Notes: generated by a model from the sequence alone, not told the origin. DNA of 64,000 nt from Bacteroidota bacterium (GCA_013377005.1 JACABE010000008.1:15720-79719), one strand, 5' to 3'; counted from the stretch's first letter, positions 10,930 through 21,422 are shown. Numbers and translations: made by a program.

Positions 10930-11898
10930 TCAAATAATTCCTTCTCTCAATAAATCATGTAAATGAATTACACCTATGTATATATTCTTGTCGTCAACCA
11001 CCAAAAGTTGTGTAATATTATTTTGTTTCATCACATTAAGTGCAGTTACAGCAAGCTCATCTTTTTGAATAGTTTTTGGATGCAACGACATAATGTCTTT
11101 GGCTTTTAATTGTTCAATAGGGACATCGTTTTGCAACATTCGTCTTAAATCGCCATCGGTAACAATACCAATAATTATTTCATTTTCCACTACGGCTGCG
11201 GCACCTAAACGTTTGGAAGTAATCTCGATAATTGTTTTTTTTACATCAGTTTCAGGGTTTACCATTGGTACTTCATTGTTTATTGACAAATCGGCTACTT
11301 TTAAATATAATTGTTTTCCCAATGCACCACCTGGATGATATTTGGCAAAATCACTTGTAGTAAAACCTCTGCATTCGAGCAGAGCAACAGCCAAAGCATC
11401 ACCCATCACTAATTGTGCTGTAGTACTTGATGTGGGTGCCAGATTATTCGGGCAAGCTTCTTTTTCTACACTACAATTGATAGAATAATCGGCTTGTTGA
11501 GCAAGGTAAGAATGAATATTGCCATGCATAGCAATAATTTTATTACCCATTGATTTAATTAAAGGTACCAAAACTTTAATTTCAGGTGTATTTCCACTTT
11601 TAGATAAACATATAATGATATCATCGGGCTGAATAATTCCCAAATCACCATGAATAGCATCAGCAGCATGCATAAAAATAGCCGGAGTCCCAGTAGAATT
11701 AAAAGTTGAAACTATTTTTGCCCCAATGTTTGCACTTTTACCAATTCCTGAAATAATTATTCTACCTTTGCATTTATAAATTATTTCAACACACTTTGCA
11801 AAATCATTATCAATGTAGTTCTTAAGATTAATAATTGAGTCAGCTTCGTTGTTAATTGTTGATAGTGCAATATTTTTTATTTCTTCGTAAGATTTCAA
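10930..11898 (-). CDS. kdsD: KpsF/GutQ family arabinose-5-phosphate isomerase (SIS domain plus two CBS domains)
   Basis: GIGKS, AIHGDLG, EACPNNLAPTSST and HPGGALG, with a C-terminal CBS pair. Confidence 0.93.
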   Translation of the reverse strand: MKSYEEIKNIALSTINNEADSIINLKNYIDNDFAKCVEIIYKCKGRIIISGIGKSANIGAKIVSTFNSTGTPAIFMHAADAIHGDLGIIQPDDIIICLSKSGNTPEIKVLVPLIKSMGNKIIAMHGNIHSYLAQQADYSINCSVEKEACPNNLAPTSSTTAQLVMGDALAVALLECRGFTTSDFAKYHPGGALGKQLYLKVADLSINNEVPMVNPETDVKKTIIEITSKRLGAAAVVENEIIIGIVTDGDLRRMLQNDVPIEQLKAKDIMSLHPKTIQKDELAVTALNVMKQNNITQLLVVDDKNIYIGVIHLHDLLREGII

Positions 11899-12094
11899 TG
11901 TTAAAGTTTTTGTAAATAAATTCTTTTTGCAAATGTTTTGAAAATTTGTTGTACATTTACATTACAAACCTACATGATTTTTTTCATTTGACAATAAAAA
12001 ATTATAAAAATTGTTATGGTTTATAATGTTTTTCAAAAAAAAAATCTATTTTTACAAAAGATAACAATATTCATATTTTAACTAAATATAATAA

Positions 12095-14296
12095 ATGGCA
12101 ACTAAGGAAGGTGATGCTCTTCACAAAAATTTAAAGAAGATCTTTGGGTTTGATAATTTCAAGGGAAATCAAGAAGATGTTATTAAGAGCCTACTTGAAG
12201 GAAAAGATACTTTTGTGATAATGCCCACAGGTGGAGGAAAATCATTATGTTATCAATTACCTGCTATTATTAGCAAAGGTACTGCAATCATTATTTCCCC
12301 ATTGATAGCACTAATGAAAAATCAAGTAGACGCTATTCGCAACTTTGGTAACGACAATGGGATTGCTCATTTTTTAAATTCTTCCCTATCAAAAACCGAA
12401 ATAAAAGCTGTAAAAGCAGACATTACTTCAGGTAAAACCAAACTATTATATGTGGCTCCCGAATCACTTACCAAAGAAGAAAATGTTGAGTTTTTTAAAG
12501 ATATAACTATCTCTTTTTATGCTATAGATGAAGCCCATTGCATTTCGGAATGGGGTCACGATTTCAGACCGGAATACCGCAGACTACGCCCTATTATAGA
12601 AGCTATTGGCAAGAAAGTGCCAATCATTGCTCTCACTGCCACTGCTACTCCAAAAGTACAACAGGATATTCAGAAAAACCTGAATATGATGAATGCTAAT
12701 TTGTTCATATCTTCATTTAATCGTCCGAATTTGTATTATGAAGTTCGTACTAAAACAAAAGATGTTAACAAAGAAATCATCAAATACATCAAAGGACATT
12801 CAGGAAAGTCAGGTATTATCTATTGCCTGAGTCGTAAAAAAGTTGAAGAATTAGCCGAAACTCTTTTGGTAAATGGCATCAAAGCATTACCTTATCATGC
12901 TGGATTAGATCCTGTAGTTCGTGCCGGCAATCAGGACAAATTTTTGATGGAAGAGGTAGATGTAATAGTAGCTACCATTGCATTTGGCATGGGAATCGAC
13001 AAACCTGATGTAAGATTTGTAATTCATAATGATATGCCTAAAAGTCTTGAAGGTTACTATCAGGAAACCGGAAGAGCAGGACGTGATGATGGTGAAGGAA
13101 ATTGTATTGCTTTCTACAGTGAAGAAGATATTAATAAACTTGAGAAATTTTTAAAAGGAAAACCTGTTGCAGAACAAGAAATTGCCATGCAATTGATGAA
13201 TGAAACAGTTTCTTATGCAGAATCGTCTGCTTGTAGAAGAAGAGTTTTATTGCATTATTTTGGAGAAAACTATATTCATGATAATTGTAACACCTGCGAT
13301 AACTGCAATCATCCAAAAGCTAAAACTGATGGCAGCGAAGATATCGTTACTGCAATAGAAACGGTAATTTCTGTAAAACAATTATTTAAAGCAAAACACA
13401 TTGCTCAGATAATTATTGGAAAAAATTCTGCTACTCTTAAAAAGATGAAGCATGATAAAATCCCTCAATTCGGTATTGGTGCCGGAAAAGTTGAAGGATA
13501 TTGGAATGCAGTAATTCGTCAAGCTATTATTGAAAACTTATTAATTAAAGATATCGAAAACTATGGCTTACTTAAAGTAAGTCCGGATGGGTTAAAATAC
13601 ATTAAAAAACCTTATAAAATCATGATTGCTAAAGATCATGATTTCCTGAATGATGAAGAAGATTTAATGGATGCAATGGGTGGCGGTGGTCACTCCAATG
13701 CAACCGACAAAACTTTGTTTTCATTATTAAAAGATTTACGTAAAGATCTTTCAAGAAAAGAAAATCTGCCTCCTTTTGTTATTTTCCAAGATCCATCTTT
13801 AGAGGATATGACCATTCAATATCCTATTACAATGGAAGAGATGAAACAAATTACAGGCGTTGGATCAGGGAAAGCCTTAAAATATGGACAACCATTTATT
13901 AATTTAATTAAAGCTTACGTTGAGGAAAACGAAATTGAACGCCCTCAGGATTTAGTTGTAAAATCTGTTATTAATAAATCAGGACTTAAAGTCTATATTA
14001 TCCAAAATATTGACAGAAAATTATCGCTCGAAGATATTGCCATTGCTAAAAATCTAACAATGGACGAATTACTTATAGAAATTGAAAGCATAGTTTCTTC
14101 AGGCACTAAAATTGACATCAAATATTATATTGATGAATTTGTTGACATTTACCATCAGGAAGAAATTTATGAATTTTTCAGAGAAGCTGAATCTGATTCT
14201 ATTGAAGATGCTTTAAAAGAATTGGGTGAAAATGAATATTCTGAAGAAGAAATCCGATTGATGCGAATCAAATTTATGTCAGAGATTGGAAATTAA
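12095..14296 (+). CDS. recQ: ATP-dependent DNA helicase RecQ
   Basis: MPTGGGKSLCYQLP, DEAHCISEWGHDFRPEY and QETGRAGRD; Zn-binding cysteines; RQC and HRDC regions. Confidence 0.97.
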   Translation: MATKEGDALHKNLKKIFGFDNFKGNQEDVIKSLLEGKDTFVIMPTGGGKSLCYQLPAIISKGTAIIISPLIALMKNQVDAIRNFGNDNGIAHFLNSSLSKTEIKAVKADITSGKTKLLYVAPESLTKEENVEFFKDITISFYAIDEAHCISEWGHDFRPEYRRLRPIIEAIGKKVPIIALTATATPKVQQDIQKNLNMMNANLFISSFNRPNLYYEVRTKTKDVNKEIIKYIKGHSGKSGIIYCLSRKKVEELAETLLVNGIKALPYHAGLDPVVRAGNQDKFLMEEVDVIVATIAFGMGIDKPDVRFVIHNDMPKSLEGYYQETGRAGRDDGEGNCIAFYSEEDINKLEKFLKGKPVAEQEIAMQLMNETVSYAESSACRRRVLLHYFGENYIHDNCNTCDNCNHPKAKTDGSEDIVTAIETVISVKQLFKAKHIAQIIIGKNSATLKKMKHDKIPQFGIGAGKVEGYWNAVIRQAIIENLLIKDIENYGLLKVSPDGLKYIKKPYKIMIAKDHDFLNDEEDLMDAMGGGGHSNATDKTLFSLLKDLRKDLSRKENLPPFVIFQDPSLEDMTIQYPITMEEMKQITGVGSGKALKYGQPFINLIKAYVEENEIERPQDLVVKSVINKSGLKVYIIQNIDRKLSLEDIAIAKNLTMDELLIEIESIVSSGTKIDIKYYIDEFVDIYHQEEIYEFFREAESDSIEDALKELGENEYSEEEIRLMRIKFMSEIGN

Positions 14297-14372
14297 ATAG
14301 TCAAAAAAATAGACTAAATCGAATACAGAAAATTAATCAAATCTATTTTATAAAATTTTTTATACTTTTTTT

Positions 14373-15065
14373 ATGAACGAAGATAATAATATCGTGCAAA
14401 ACACAGAAGAAACAACACAAAACACAATTAATCAAGCTACTGATTTTGAAAACAATAATGTAACCGATTCCTGCAAAAAATCAAAATGCGGAATGATATT
14501 CAACATTATTATTGCCATTGCTATTTTAGTTCTTTATATATTATTTTTTACTTCCAAAAATAAGCACGAAGTTGTTCAACCTGTTAGTATAAAATCAGCA
14601 TTAAGCATCGCTTATGTTGATAGTGATTCTCTTTGGGAAAATTATGATTTTGTAAAAACTACAAAAAAAGAATTGGAAGATTTAGAGCAAAAACTTACTA
14701 ATAATTACAAAGCACAAGCTATGGCATTTAAGGCTGAATATGATAATTATCTGAAGATTGGTGCTACTTTAACATTGAGTGAACAAAAGAAAAGAGAAGC
14801 TACTTTACAACAAAAACAATCCAATCTGATGGAAATGGAAAAAAGTTTAGGTAGTCAACTCGCAGAGGTAAAACAAGCTAAAAACATCCAGCTACAAGAC
14901 TCTATTTTTTCTTTTATCAAACGTTTTAACCAAGGACCCAAATACTCTTTTATTCTTGAAAAATCAAGAGTAAGTGGTATTTTATATGCTAATGATAGCT
15001 TAGATATTACAAAATCTGTAATAAAAGGATTAAACGAAGCCTATACTAAAGGAAAAAATAAATAA
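14373..15065 (+). CDS. OmpH/Skp-family protein with an N-terminal membrane anchor
   Basis: Transmembrane segment, then IAYVDSDSL, a coiled coil, and YSFIL...DITKSVIKGLN. Confidence 0.8.
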   Translation: MNEDNNIVQNTEETTQNTINQATDFENNNVTDSCKKSKCGMIFNIIIAIAILVLYILFFTSKNKHEVVQPVSIKSALSIAYVDSDSLWENYDFVKTTKKELEDLEQKLTNNYKAQAMAFKAEYDNYLKIGATLTLSEQKKREATLQQKQSNLMEMEKSLGSQLAEVKQAKNIQLQDSIFSFIKRFNQGPKYSFILEKSRVSGILYANDSLDITKSVIKGLNEAYTKGKNK

Positions 15066-15076
15066 ATTGCTGCTCA

Positions 15077-15820
15077 ATGCTTTTGGAAGTTTGCGTCCAT
15101 TCTGTTGAATCTGCTATTGCAGCCGAAAAAGGCGGGGCGCAACGTGTTGAATTATGCGACAATATTCCTGAAGGTGGAACAACTCCCTCTCATGCTGCCA
15201 TTGCTTTGGCAAGAAAACATCTTTCTATTGATTTAAATGTAATTATCCGACCTCGCGGAGGAGATTTTTTATATTCTTCGCTCGAATTGGAAATTATGAA
15301 ACAAGATATTATTGCAGCCAAAAGTATAGGTGCTGATGGTGTAGTGTTTGGTGTAATTACTAGAGAAGGGAAAATTGATAAAACTGTTTGTCGCCAATTA
15401 CTCGAAGTGGCTTATCCAATGCGAACTACATTTCACAGGGCTTTTGACATGGTTGCTGACCCGTATGTTTCGCTTGAAGATATTATTTCGTTGGGTTTCG
15501 ACAACCTACTTACATCAGGATTACAACCTAAGGCTAATGATGGAATCCCATTAATTAAGAAACTTGTTGAACACGCAAAAGAACGCATTACTATCATACC
15601 CGGCAGTGGAATTAATGAAGATAATATCAAAGAAATTGCTACAAAAACCAAAGCCAAGGCTTTTCATGTTTCGGTACGAAAGAAAACAGCAAGCAATATG
15701 GTTTTCAGAAACAATACGATTCGCATGGGAGGAATTGAAGACATTTCGGAATACGAAAATAGTATTACTGATGAGAATAGGGTAAGAGAGATAATTGGGA
15801 TTTTGAAACAGTTGAATTAA
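15077..15820 (+). CDS. cutC: Copper homeostasis protein CutC
   Basis: LEVC, RVELCDNIPEGGTTPS, IIRPRGGDF, TFHRAFD and LTSG. Confidence 0.95.
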   Translation: MLLEVCVHSVESAIAAEKGGAQRVELCDNIPEGGTTPSHAAIALARKHLSIDLNVIIRPRGGDFLYSSLELEIMKQDIIAAKSIGADGVVFGVITREGKIDKTVCRQLLEVAYPMRTTFHRAFDMVADPYVSLEDIISLGFDNLLTSGLQPKANDGIPLIKKLVEHAKERITIIPGSGINEDNIKEIATKTKAKAFHVSVRKKTASNMVFRNNTIRMGGIEDISEYENSITDENRVREIIGILKQLN

Positions 15821-15898
15821 AATTAAAATGATATGAATAAAAAGAAAATAATGGATTATATATGTTTGTAAATATTATTTGCATAAAAGAGATATATC

Positions 15899-16966
15899 AT
15901 GGCAAAGAAAGACCTCCCATCATCCGTTACAAACGGTTTTAATGAAATACTGCTTTATACTACTCCCAATGGTAGTGTAATAGTAGAGATATACCTGCAA
16001 AACGAAACAGTATGGCTTACTCAACAAAAAATTGCAGATTTGTTTGGCGTTGACAGAACTGTGGTAACAAAACACATTGGCAATATTTTCAAATCAGGGG
16101 AATTAAATGAGCAACTGGTAAGTGCAAATTTTGCACATACCAGTCCTCATGGTGCTATCAAAGGAAAAACGCAGAAAACAATTACCAAATTTTACAACCT
16201 TGATATCATTATTTCGGTGGGCTATCGTGTAAATAGCAATCAGGCAACAGCATTTCGTATATGGGCAACCGAAAGGTTAAAAGAATACATCATCAAAGGT
16301 TTTACAATGGATGATGAACGGCTAAAAAATCCAAATTATATTTTCGGCAAAGATTATTTTGAAGAGCAACTTGCCCGTATCAGAGATATACGAAGCAGCG
16401 AACGCAGGTTTTATCAAAAAATTACCGACATCTATACACAATGCAGTGCAGACTATATTGTGGACTCACAAGCTACAAAAGACTTTTTTGCAACTGTTCA
16501 AAACAAATTGCATTGGGCAATAACAGGACAAACTGCAGCAGAACTTATTGCCACAAGAGTTGACAGCACTAAAGAAAACATGGGACTAACAACTTGGAAA
16601 AATGCACCAAAAGGGAATATCAGAAAAACAGATGTTGGAATTGCCAAAAATTATTTAAACGAAAAAGAATTAGACGGATTGAACCGAATTGTAAGCATGT
16701 ATTTAGATTATGCCGAAAGCCAAGCACAAAAAGGAATAATTATGTATATGAAAGATTGGGTAAAAAAATTAGATGCCTTTTTACAGTTTAATGAAGAAGC
16801 TATTTTGAAACATCAGGGTAACGTTTCACACAATGTTGCAGTTGCATTAGCCGAAAGTGAATTTGAAAAATACAGCATTGTGCAGGATAAGATTTTTGAA
16901 AGCGATTTTGACAAAATCGTAAGAAAATTAGAAAAACCTGAATCTAAAATTCAAAAATTACAATGA
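15899..16966 (+). CDS. RhuM (virulence RhuM family) protein
   Basis: ETVWLTQQKIADLF, YNLDIIISVGYRVNS, FRIWATERLKEYIIKGFTMDDERLK, IRDIRSSERRFYQK and AKNYL. Confidence 0.92.
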   Translation: MAKKDLPSSVTNGFNEILLYTTPNGSVIVEIYLQNETVWLTQQKIADLFGVDRTVVTKHIGNIFKSGELNEQLVSANFAHTSPHGAIKGKTQKTITKFYNLDIIISVGYRVNSNQATAFRIWATERLKEYIIKGFTMDDERLKNPNYIFGKDYFEEQLARIRDIRSSERRFYQKITDIYTQCSADYIVDSQATKDFFATVQNKLHWAITGQTAAELIATRVDSTKENMGLTTWKNAPKGNIRKTDVGIAKNYLNEKELDGLNRIVSMYLDYAESQAQKGIIMYMKDWVKKLDAFLQFNEEAILKHQGNVSHNVAVALAESEFEKYSIVQDKIFESDFDKIVRKLEKPESKIQKLQ

Positions 16967-19482
16967 AAAAAATCATTACTTCCCTCCTCTTCCTTTTACT
17001 ATTCAATTATTTATCTGCTCAAATAATTAAAAAATCATTAGATGATAATTGGCAATTCAGGAAATCAGGCAGCGAAAAATGGTTTGCGGCTAAAGTACCA
17101 GGATGTATTCATACCGATTTGCTTGCCAATAGCATTATTCCCGATCCGTTTTTTGGAGATAATGAAAAGAAAGTACAAGACATAGAAAAAGAAAGCTGGG
17201 AATACGACTGTAATTTTAATATTTCTGACGAAATATTCTCAAAAAATAATTTATATCTCGCTTTTGATGGATTAGATACTTATTGTGACGTTTATCTGAA
17301 CATGCATCATTTGCTTACAGCTAATAATCAATTTCGTCATTGGGAAACTGATGGAAAGAAATACCTGAAAAAGGAAAACAATACATTACATATTGTCTTT
17401 TACTCGTCAGTATTGAAAGACAAAGAAGCTGCATCAAAACTCCCCTACTCTCTTCCTGAAGAAAGATCTTTTTCGCGCAAAGCTCCTTATCAATACGGTT
17501 GGGATTGGGGTCCACGCTTGGTAACGTCTGGAGTTTGGCGAAATGTAAAAATACTTGCGTGGGATAATTTGAAAATAAACTACGTGCATTTTATACAAAA
17601 GAATATTTCTTCTGCGAAAGCTTCTTTAATTGCAAAATACGAGCTAATTGCGGATAAAACTGATACTGTTTCAATAAATATAAATGCTGCAGAAACAAAG
17701 AGTATTTCCGTTTCAAAAAAAATTATATTAAACAAAGGCATAAATTCAATAGAAATTCCATTTGATATTATAAATCCTCTATTATGGATGCCTAACGGAG
17801 CAGGGAAAGCCAATCTTTATACGTTAAAAACTACTATTGTTAAAGGAAACAGAATCATAGAAAGTTCAGAAAATACAATTGGATTAAAAACCATTGCACT
17901 GATAACCGAAAAAGACAGCATTGGTGAAAGTTTCTATTTTAAAGTAAATGGAAAACCTTTGTTTGTAAAAGGTGCAAATTATATTCCGTCCAATAGTTTC
18001 CCATCGCAAACCACTAAAGAAACCTACGAAAAAATAATTAAAGATGCCGCAGAAGCCAATATGAATATGATAAGAGTTTGGGGAGGTGGCATATATGAGA
18101 ATGGTGAATTCTATGATTTATGCGACAAATATGGTATCATGGTATGGCAGGATTTTATGTTTGCTGGTTCGATGTATCCGGGCGATAGTATTTTTGTGGA
18201 AAACGTCCGTCAAGAGGCTATTGATAATATTATAAGGCTTAGAAACCATGCCTGTATTGCCTTGTGGTGTGGAAATAATGAAATAGATGAAGGTTGGTAC
18301 AATTGGGGATGGCAAAAGCAATTTAAATACTCTTTAACTGATTTTACAACATTATGGAAAGATTATCTGAAGATTTTTAAAGATGTGTTACCTTCTACCA
18401 TTGCTAAATTTGATGGAGAACATCCTTATATTTCAACTTCGCCACGCAAAGGATGGGGTCGCAAAGAAAGTATGACAGAAGGCGATTCGCATTATTGGGG
18501 TGTTTGGTGGGGAAAACTACCTTTTGAAATTTATAAAGAGAAAACAGGACGGTTTATGTCGGAATATGGTTTTCAGGGAATGCCCGATATGAAAACGATT
18601 ATAAGCATGGTAGCCGATACATCTCTTTATTTACAATCGCCTCAGCTAAAGAATCATCAGAAGCATCCAACAGGTTTTGAAACGATTGACGAGTATTTGT
18701 TAAGAGATTACCGAAAACCCAAAGATTTTGCATCCTACGTTTATGTAAGTCAACTCTTGCAAGCAGAGGGAATGCGCATTGCCATTGAATCGCACCGAAG
18801 AGCCAAACCTCGCTGTATGGGTACATTGTATTGGCAACTGAACGATTGTTGGCCCGTTGTGTCGTGGTCGAGTGTGGACTATTACGGGAGATGGAAAGCC
18901 TTGCATTATTTTGTGAAAAAGCTTTATCAAGACATTCTTATTTCTCAAATTATTAAAAATTATAAGGTCGAAGTTTGGATTAATTCTGATAAAGAAACAA
19001 TAACAAAGGGTAAGCTTCACATAGAATTAATGAATTTTGATGGCAAGGTTTTATGGTCGAAAACAACGGATTGTACTGTTAATGGCAATTCTTCGGCCGT
19101 TGTATTTAACATTGACAGTGCTCAATTATTAAGCAATTATGATGCAACTAAAGTTTTTCTGCATACTTCTTTTACAAACAATGCAACTGAAATGGCTACG
19201 CATAATTTATATTTTACACAAATAGCAAAATTAGATTTACCCAAACCTCAGCTTACCAAAACTATGAAGTATTTGGCTAATGGAAATGCTGAAATTTTAG
19301 TTTCTACCGATAAATTAGCTAAAAATATTTGTTTAACCTCAACCATAGAAGGACATTTCTCCGATAATTATTTTGATTTGTTACCCAATGAAACCAAAAA
19401 AATCAGCATTAAATGCAGTAAGGAGGAATATACTGAATTGCAAAAAAGCTTAGAAATAATAAGTTTAACGGATAGTTATTAA
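16963..19482 (+). CDS. Secreted glycoside hydrolase family 2, beta-mannosidase-like
   Basis: Signal peptide; RKAPYQYGWDWGP, KGANYIP, RVWGGGIYE, WQDFMFA, WCGNNE, SEYGFQ and YWQLNDCWP. Confidence 0.92.
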   Translation: MKKIITSLLFLLLFNYLSAQIIKKSLDDNWQFRKSGSEKWFAAKVPGCIHTDLLANSIIPDPFFGDNEKKVQDIEKESWEYDCNFNISDEIFSKNNLYLAFDGLDTYCDVYLNMHHLLTANNQFRHWETDGKKYLKKENNTLHIVFYSSVLKDKEAASKLPYSLPEERSFSRKAPYQYGWDWGPRLVTSGVWRNVKILAWDNLKINYVHFIQKNISSAKASLIAKYELIADKTDTVSININAAETKSISVSKKIILNKGINSIEIPFDIINPLLWMPNGAGKANLYTLKTTIVKGNRIIESSENTIGLKTIALITEKDSIGESFYFKVNGKPLFVKGANYIPSNSFPSQTTKETYEKIIKDAAEANMNMIRVWGGGIYENGEFYDLCDKYGIMVWQDFMFAGSMYPGDSIFVENVRQEAIDNIIRLRNHACIALWCGNNEIDEGWYNWGWQKQFKYSLTDFTTLWKDYLKIFKDVLPSTIAKFDGEHPYISTSPRKGWGRKESMTEGDSHYWGVWWGKLPFEIYKEKTGRFMSEYGFQGMPDMKTIISMVADTSLYLQSPQLKNHQKHPTGFETIDEYLLRDYRKPKDFASYVYVSQLLQAEGMRIAIESHRRAKPRCMGTLYWQLNDCWPVVSWSSVDYYGRWKALHYFVKKLYQDILISQIIKNYKVEVWINSDKETITKGKLHIELMNFDGKVLWSKTTDCTVNGNSSAVVFNIDSAQLLSNYDATKVFLHTSFTNNATEMATHNLYFTQIAKLDLPKPQLTKTMKYLANGNAEILVSTDKLAKNICLTSTIEGHFSDNYFDLLPNETKKISIKCSKEEYTELQKSLEIISLTDSY

Positions 19483-19541
19483 AATATAGCTACTCTTATT
19501 AGTCATCTAATGTCTATTATATTTATAAATGAATAATCCTT

Positions 19542-19901
19542 CTATTTATATTCCTGAATTAACACATCGGTTGGAATGTGCATTTGTTTATTAATCTTAC
19601 GAATCATATCCAGCGATAACTTTCTTTTTTTGTTTAATATTTCGGTTACACGACTTCTAAACCCAAGTACCATTGCCAAATCACTGGTTTTATAATTCAT
19701 TTGCTCCATTCTGAATTTTATTGCTTCAACTGGATCAGGTAAACCAATCGAATCATTTATTTTTTCGTAGTTATCTATCAATAAAGACAACAACTCCAGT
19801 TCATCACCGTCATTAGTACCTAATTTTGCATCAAATATCATTTCAAGCCTATTGAGTGCTTCCTGATATTCTTTTTCGGTTTTTATTACTTTGTGTCTCA
19901 T
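19542..19901 (-). CDS. higA: HigA-type XRE-HTH antitoxin (no intact toxin upstream)
   Basis: IKTEKEYQEAL...DELELLSLLIDNYE...PDPVEAIKFRMEQ...EILNKKRKLSLDMIR matches the HigA pattern. Confidence 0.85.
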   Translation of the reverse strand: MRHKVIKTEKEYQEALNRLEMIFDAKLGTNDGDELELLSLLIDNYEKINDSIGLPDPVEAIKFRMEQMNYKTSDLAMVLGFRSRVTEILNKKRKLSLDMIRKINKQMHIPTDVLIQEYK

Positions 19902-19903
19902 TA

Positions 19904-19924
19904 TTATATTTTTTCAGCATTAAT
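19904..19924 (-). pseudogene. Probable 3' remnant of a higB toxin gene
   Basis: The minus strand reads ATT AAT GCT GAA AAA ATA TAA, ending 2 nt before the higA ATG (INAEKI*). This resembles the usual HigB C-terminus (...THxEYDKINAxxI*). The match is very short. Confidence 0.5.
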
Positions 19925-19967
19925 GGGGGCAGTTACTTTTTATTCGCTTGTCATCTGGTGACTTTCA

Positions 19968-20537
19968 TTAATAATTGGTTGGTATTTGGCGAGGAAACTT
20001 TTTATTGTATTCAACAATATCAACAATATAATAACCATCAGAGGACTCAGTAGCAACATTTGTTCTATGTAATTTACTATTACTTTCAAAACAATAAATT
20101 ATTTTGTATTTATACCCTTTTTTTATTTCTCTTATCAAATCGTCTTCAACAGTCTCTAGTTTTAATATAATCTTATTACCATTCCATTTATAGGCAATAC
20201 CATTGTTTGTAGACATTTCACTATCATTTATTTTAAAATTATTTTGCCAATCACTAAAATATTGTTTTCCATCATTTGCTGAACATTGAAATATTAAATA
20301 TGTTTTTTCAAAAGTGTCTTGATAATCAACATCTAAAAACGTAGCAATGCTAAACAATTCAAAAGGCCATAAAACTATAGTATCATTACCATTAATTATT
20401 GTTCGATCTTCATCAATGTTACAAAATTTTGAATGATTAGATTTTTTTTGTTTTACTGTTTGACCAAAACAATCTCCCAAAAGTACTACAATCAAAAAAA
20501 ATGAAGTAAAAATTGATATTTGTATCTGTATTTTCAT
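19968..20537 (-). CDS. Hypothetical exported protein
   Basis: Open AT-rich frame with an N-terminal hydrophobic signal-like stretch from the ATG at 20537; no family recognised. Confidence 0.65.
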   Translation of the reverse strand: MKIQIQISIFTSFFLIVVLLGDCFGQTVKQKKSNHSKFCNIDEDRTIINGNDTIVLWPFELFSIATFLDVDYQDTFEKTYLIFQCSANDGKQYFSDWQNNFKINDSEMSTNNGIAYKWNGNKIILKLETVEDDLIREIKKGYKYKIIYCFESNSKLHRTNVATESSDGYYIVDIVEYNKKFPRQIPTNY

Positions 20538-20600
20538 TTTAAAAATTTTTTTATAAATAACCAACTGGACATTAAAACCCAGCGAAATTTTGTTATTATA

Positions 20601-21422
20601 TTAGAATATTGGTAAATATTTTTCTTTAAAACTAGTGAGTTGTTTTTTTAGCTTTTCATTGCTAGCCTTGCTATAAATTGATTCAAATAGTTTTTCCCAA
20701 GTCTCTGCAAAAAAATGGTTTTGAAATTTTGCAGTTAAAAATTCTGTTTTTACTTTGTGAACTCCTTTGCTAATGCCTTTATTATCTTTTGGGTAAACAA
20801 ATACAACAAATGAGTTATCATCTATATGAATTAGATTTCTTAAAATTTGATAGTTGTCAAAGAAGGGTTTACTTGTAATAAAATTATCATTTAATGGTTT
20901 TGTAAAATTCGAGTACACATTATTAAATTTTTCAATATGTTCTTTATCATTTTTTGCTTTTCCAAATTCTGATTCTGTGTATTTTATTTCAAAATAAATT
21001 TTCTTTCCTGATTTTGTTTCAAAATAAAAATCAAAATTTGTTGCTCTTCTTCCACTTCCACCATCTTTACCATTTTTTTCAAAACAAACTGTTTCATAAT
21101 TAATAGTTTCGTTTTTAAAACCAAGCAATTCTGTAATAAGCTCAAGTTTCTTTTCGCAAAAAAGAGGGAAGAAAAAATTTAAGCACATTGCTTGAGATGA
21201 GTTTAGATGATGGAAACCTGAATGGAGCTTAATTTGTTCTTTTCTCAAGTACTTAAAGCAATCCTCGTTATATGGATGTAATAAATTATCAAACTTATTT
21301 TCTTCTGGTAGTATATGAGAATAACACTTTTTGTTATTTTTCCATTTCCCATTTTTAAGCTTAGGAAAGTTTGTTGTCTTGTAGTTTGATAGACTTTCTT
21401 TGATTTTTTCTTGATATGTCAT
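20601..21422 (-). CDS. Putative PD-(D/E)XK restriction-endonuclease-fold protein (PGN_0703-like)
   Basis: HHLNSSQAMCLNFF, FEK, TNFDFYF...FEIKYTE (D...ExK) and YQILRN motifs. Confidence 0.72.
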   Translation of the reverse strand: MTYQEKIKESLSNYKTTNFPKLKNGKWKNNKKCYSHILPEENKFDNLLHPYNEDCFKYLRKEQIKLHSGFHHLNSSQAMCLNFFFPLFCEKKLELITELLGFKNETINYETVCFEKNGKDGGSGRRATNFDFYFETKSGKKIYFEIKYTESEFGKAKNDKEHIEKFNNVYSNFTKPLNDNFITSKPFFDNYQILRNLIHIDDNSFVVFVYPKDNKGISKGVHKVKTEFLTAKFQNHFFAETWEKLFESIYSKASNEKLKKQLTSFKEKYLPIF

